Shown here in pieces: positions 16,762 through 18,551 of a DNA stretch of 18,551 nt; within the stretch, counting starts at the first letter, position 1, and the number at the start of each line of letters is the position of its first letter. Location of the stretch: the NCBI GenBank assembly GCA_043810925.1, contig JBDRNT010000022.1:1-18551 (forward strand). The letters run 5' to 3'. The position numbers were made by a program, and so were the translations under genes. The stretch is from Candidatus Eiseniibacteriota bacterium. GTDB lineage: Bacteria; Arandabacterota; Arandabacteria; Arandabacterales; Arandabacteraceae. The notes below the pieces were generated by a model, which ran no database searches, was not told where the DNA came from, and saw nothing but the letters and a program-made list of their open reading frames with translations.

Positions 16762-18551
16762 ATGAACATAATAGACATATCGACTCGCCGGCGCGTGACG
16801 ATCGCCATGTTCACACTCGCCGTCATCCTCTTCGGGGTGGTCTCACTTCTTCGTCTCAAGATCAATCTGCTTCCGGAGTTGACTTATCCGACACTGACCG
16901 TCCGAACGGAATATCCAGGTGCTGCACCATCCGAGATCGAAAACCTGATTTCCAAGCCTGTCGAGGAAACCCTCGGTATCGTCAAGAATGTCAATCGTGT
17001 GAGTTCGATATCACGTTCAGGCCAGAGCGATGTGGTTCTTGAATTCGCCTGGGGCACCAACATGGATTATGCCGGGCTCGACGTGCGCGAGAAGCTGGAT
17101 GCCCTCGAGCTTCCACTTGAGGTCAGCCGGCCTTCCGTGCTCCGGTTCGACCCATCACTCGATCCCATAATGCGCCTGGGTCTCTTCCGGGAAGAGGATG
17201 ACTCCGGGGGGGAGGATGCCGGGAAGGCAGCGCCCGCTGGGCCGGAACATGCCGTCCGCACTCCTGAGGACAAGCTCGACACAGAAAACCTCAAGATACT
17301 GCGCCGCTTTGCAGAAGAACAGATCAAGAAGGAGCTCGAGGTAGCCACCGGTGTGGCCGCGGTCAAGGTGAGCGGCGGGCTCGAGGATGAAATCCAGGTG
17401 CTGATCGACCAGGCGCGAATGGCGCAGATTGGTCTCCCCCTAGAGGCGCTCGCCCGCCAGCTGGGCGCGGAAAATGTCAATCTCTCGGGAGGACGTCTCG
17501 AAGAGGGGACACGACAGTATCTCGTCCGGACGATCAACCAGTTCCAGTCGGTGGGTGAGATCAGTGACGTGATAGTCTCCAATCAGGATGGCAAACCCAT
17601 CTACCTCAGGGACATCGCGGTGGTCCGGCAGGGCTACAAGGAACGTGAGGCGATCTCGCGGTTGGGCGGGATTGAGGCCGTTGAGGTGGCGATCTACAAG
17701 GAGGGAGATGCCAATACGGTGACAGTGGCCCGGCAGGTCGAGAGCCGGCTGCGTCATGTGAGGGATATGCTCCCCGCCGGTGTCCGGCTTGTGAAGGTTT
17801 ATGACCAATCCACCTTCATCAGACAGTCGGTAAACGAGGTCATCCGGGCAGCAGTGATCGGTGGGATTCTGGCCGTCGTGATTCTCTATTTCTTCCTCAG
17901 AAGCTTCTGGACTACCGTGATCATCTCCTTCTCGATACCGGTGTCCGTGATTGCCACGTTCAACCTCATGTATGGTGCCGACCTCACGCTCAACATCATG
18001 TCGCTCGGTGGGATAGCCCTTGGAATCGGCATGCTGCTTGACAATTCGATTGTGGTCCTGGAGAACATCGCACGACACCGGCAAATGGGTAAGGATACCC
18101 TCACGGCTGCCCGGGAGGGGGCAAGCGAGGTGGGGATGGCTGTGACCGCATCCACCCTGACTACGATTGCCGTCTTCTTTCCGCTGGTCTTCGTCAAGGG
18201 CATCGCCGGCCAACTCTTCCGCGATCAGGCTCTCACAGTGACGTTCGCGCTGCTTGCATCGCTGGTGGTTGCACTTACATTGATCCCCATGCTGGCTTCG
18301 CAGCAGAGTCGCAAAGACGCCGCAGTCGACCCGCCGCCGGCCAAAACCGGGGTGGAGCCGACGGGGAAGTTCCGGCGCATGGCCGGACGGATCCGGGGCC
18401 TTGTCTTCATGGCTGTTCCTGTTTTCCTGGCGAGGCGGATCTTGAGGCTCACGCGTGGGATCGCACGGCTCTTGCTTCTGATCATGACTCCGGGTCTCAA
18501 CGCGTTTCAGCGCGTCTACGGGACGCTTGAGGAGCGCTACCCGGTACTGCT
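16762..18551 (+). CDS. RND efflux permease (AcrB/AcrD/AcrF family), truncated by the window edge
   Basis: Not in the ORF track because it has no stop in the window. Manual translation: MNIIDISTRRRVTIAMFTLAVILFG...LLPELTYP...YPGAAPSEIE...LNIMSLGGIALGIGMLLDNSIVVLENI...STLTTIAVFFP. Confidence 0.95.
   Translation, partial: MNIIDISTRRRVTIAMFTLAVILFGVVSLLRLKINLLPELTYPTLTVRTEYPGAAPSEIENLISKPVEETLGIVKNVNRVSSISRSGQSDVVLEFAWGTNMDYAGLDVREKLDALELPLEVSRPSVLRFDPSLDPIMRLGLFREEDDSGGEDAGKAAPAGPEHAVRTPEDKLDTENLKILRRFAEEQIKKELEVATGVAAVKVSGGLEDEIQVLIDQARMAQIGLPLEALARQLGAENVNLSGGRLEEGTRQYLVRTINQFQSVGEISDVIVSNQDGKPIYLRDIAVVRQGYKEREAISRLGGIEAVEVAIYKEGDANTVTVARQVESRLRHVRDMLPAGVRLVKVYDQSTFIRQSVNEVIRAAVIGGILAVVILYFFLRSFWTTVIISFSIPVSVIATFNLMYGADLTLNIMSLGGIALGIGMLLDNSIVVLENIARHRQMGKDTLTAAREGASEVGMAVTASTLTTIAVFFPLVFVKGIAGQLFRDQALTVTFALLASLVVALTLIPMLASQQSRKDAAVDPPPAKTGVEPTGKFRRMAGRIRGLVFMAVPVFLARRILRLTRGIARLLLLIMTPGLNAFQRVYGTLEERYPVL

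Noticed and set aside
17206-17212. G7 run in the RND gene as a phase-variation tract
   Set aside because: Short, the frame is intact, and it is unremarkable at this GC content.

Overview
GC-rich bacterial chromosome segment. Two secreted hydrolases carry FlgD-Ig/T9SS-like C-terminal domains, which suggests an FCB-superphylum lineage (inference). Left to right: the 5' end of a DUF1670-like gene whose promoter/RBS region has an IS-type translation-blocking inverted repeat; an FHA-GAF-SpoIIE phosphatase; a C25 gingipain-like peptidase; a redox cluster (4-TM membrane cytochrome c, rubredoxin-fused ThDP pyruvate-oxidase-like enzyme, monoheme TsdA/SoxA-like cytochrome c); a 28-Cys metallothionein-like lipoprotein; membrane proteins (DUF5684-like, unknown, EamA/DMT); a 121-bp MITE; an iron-sulfur flavoprotein; a ~125-nt rod-shaped RNA with its own promoter, resembling a miniaturised 6S RNA; a secreted alpha/beta hydrolase; a TonB-family gene bracketed by 52-bp inverted arms of tandem GGGGTCAG repeats; and an RND efflux pair whose permease runs off the right edge and is missing from the ORF track. 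A GGGGTCAG/CTGACCCC REP-like family recurs in four intergenic regions. All family calls come from recognising motifs by eye, not from database searches.
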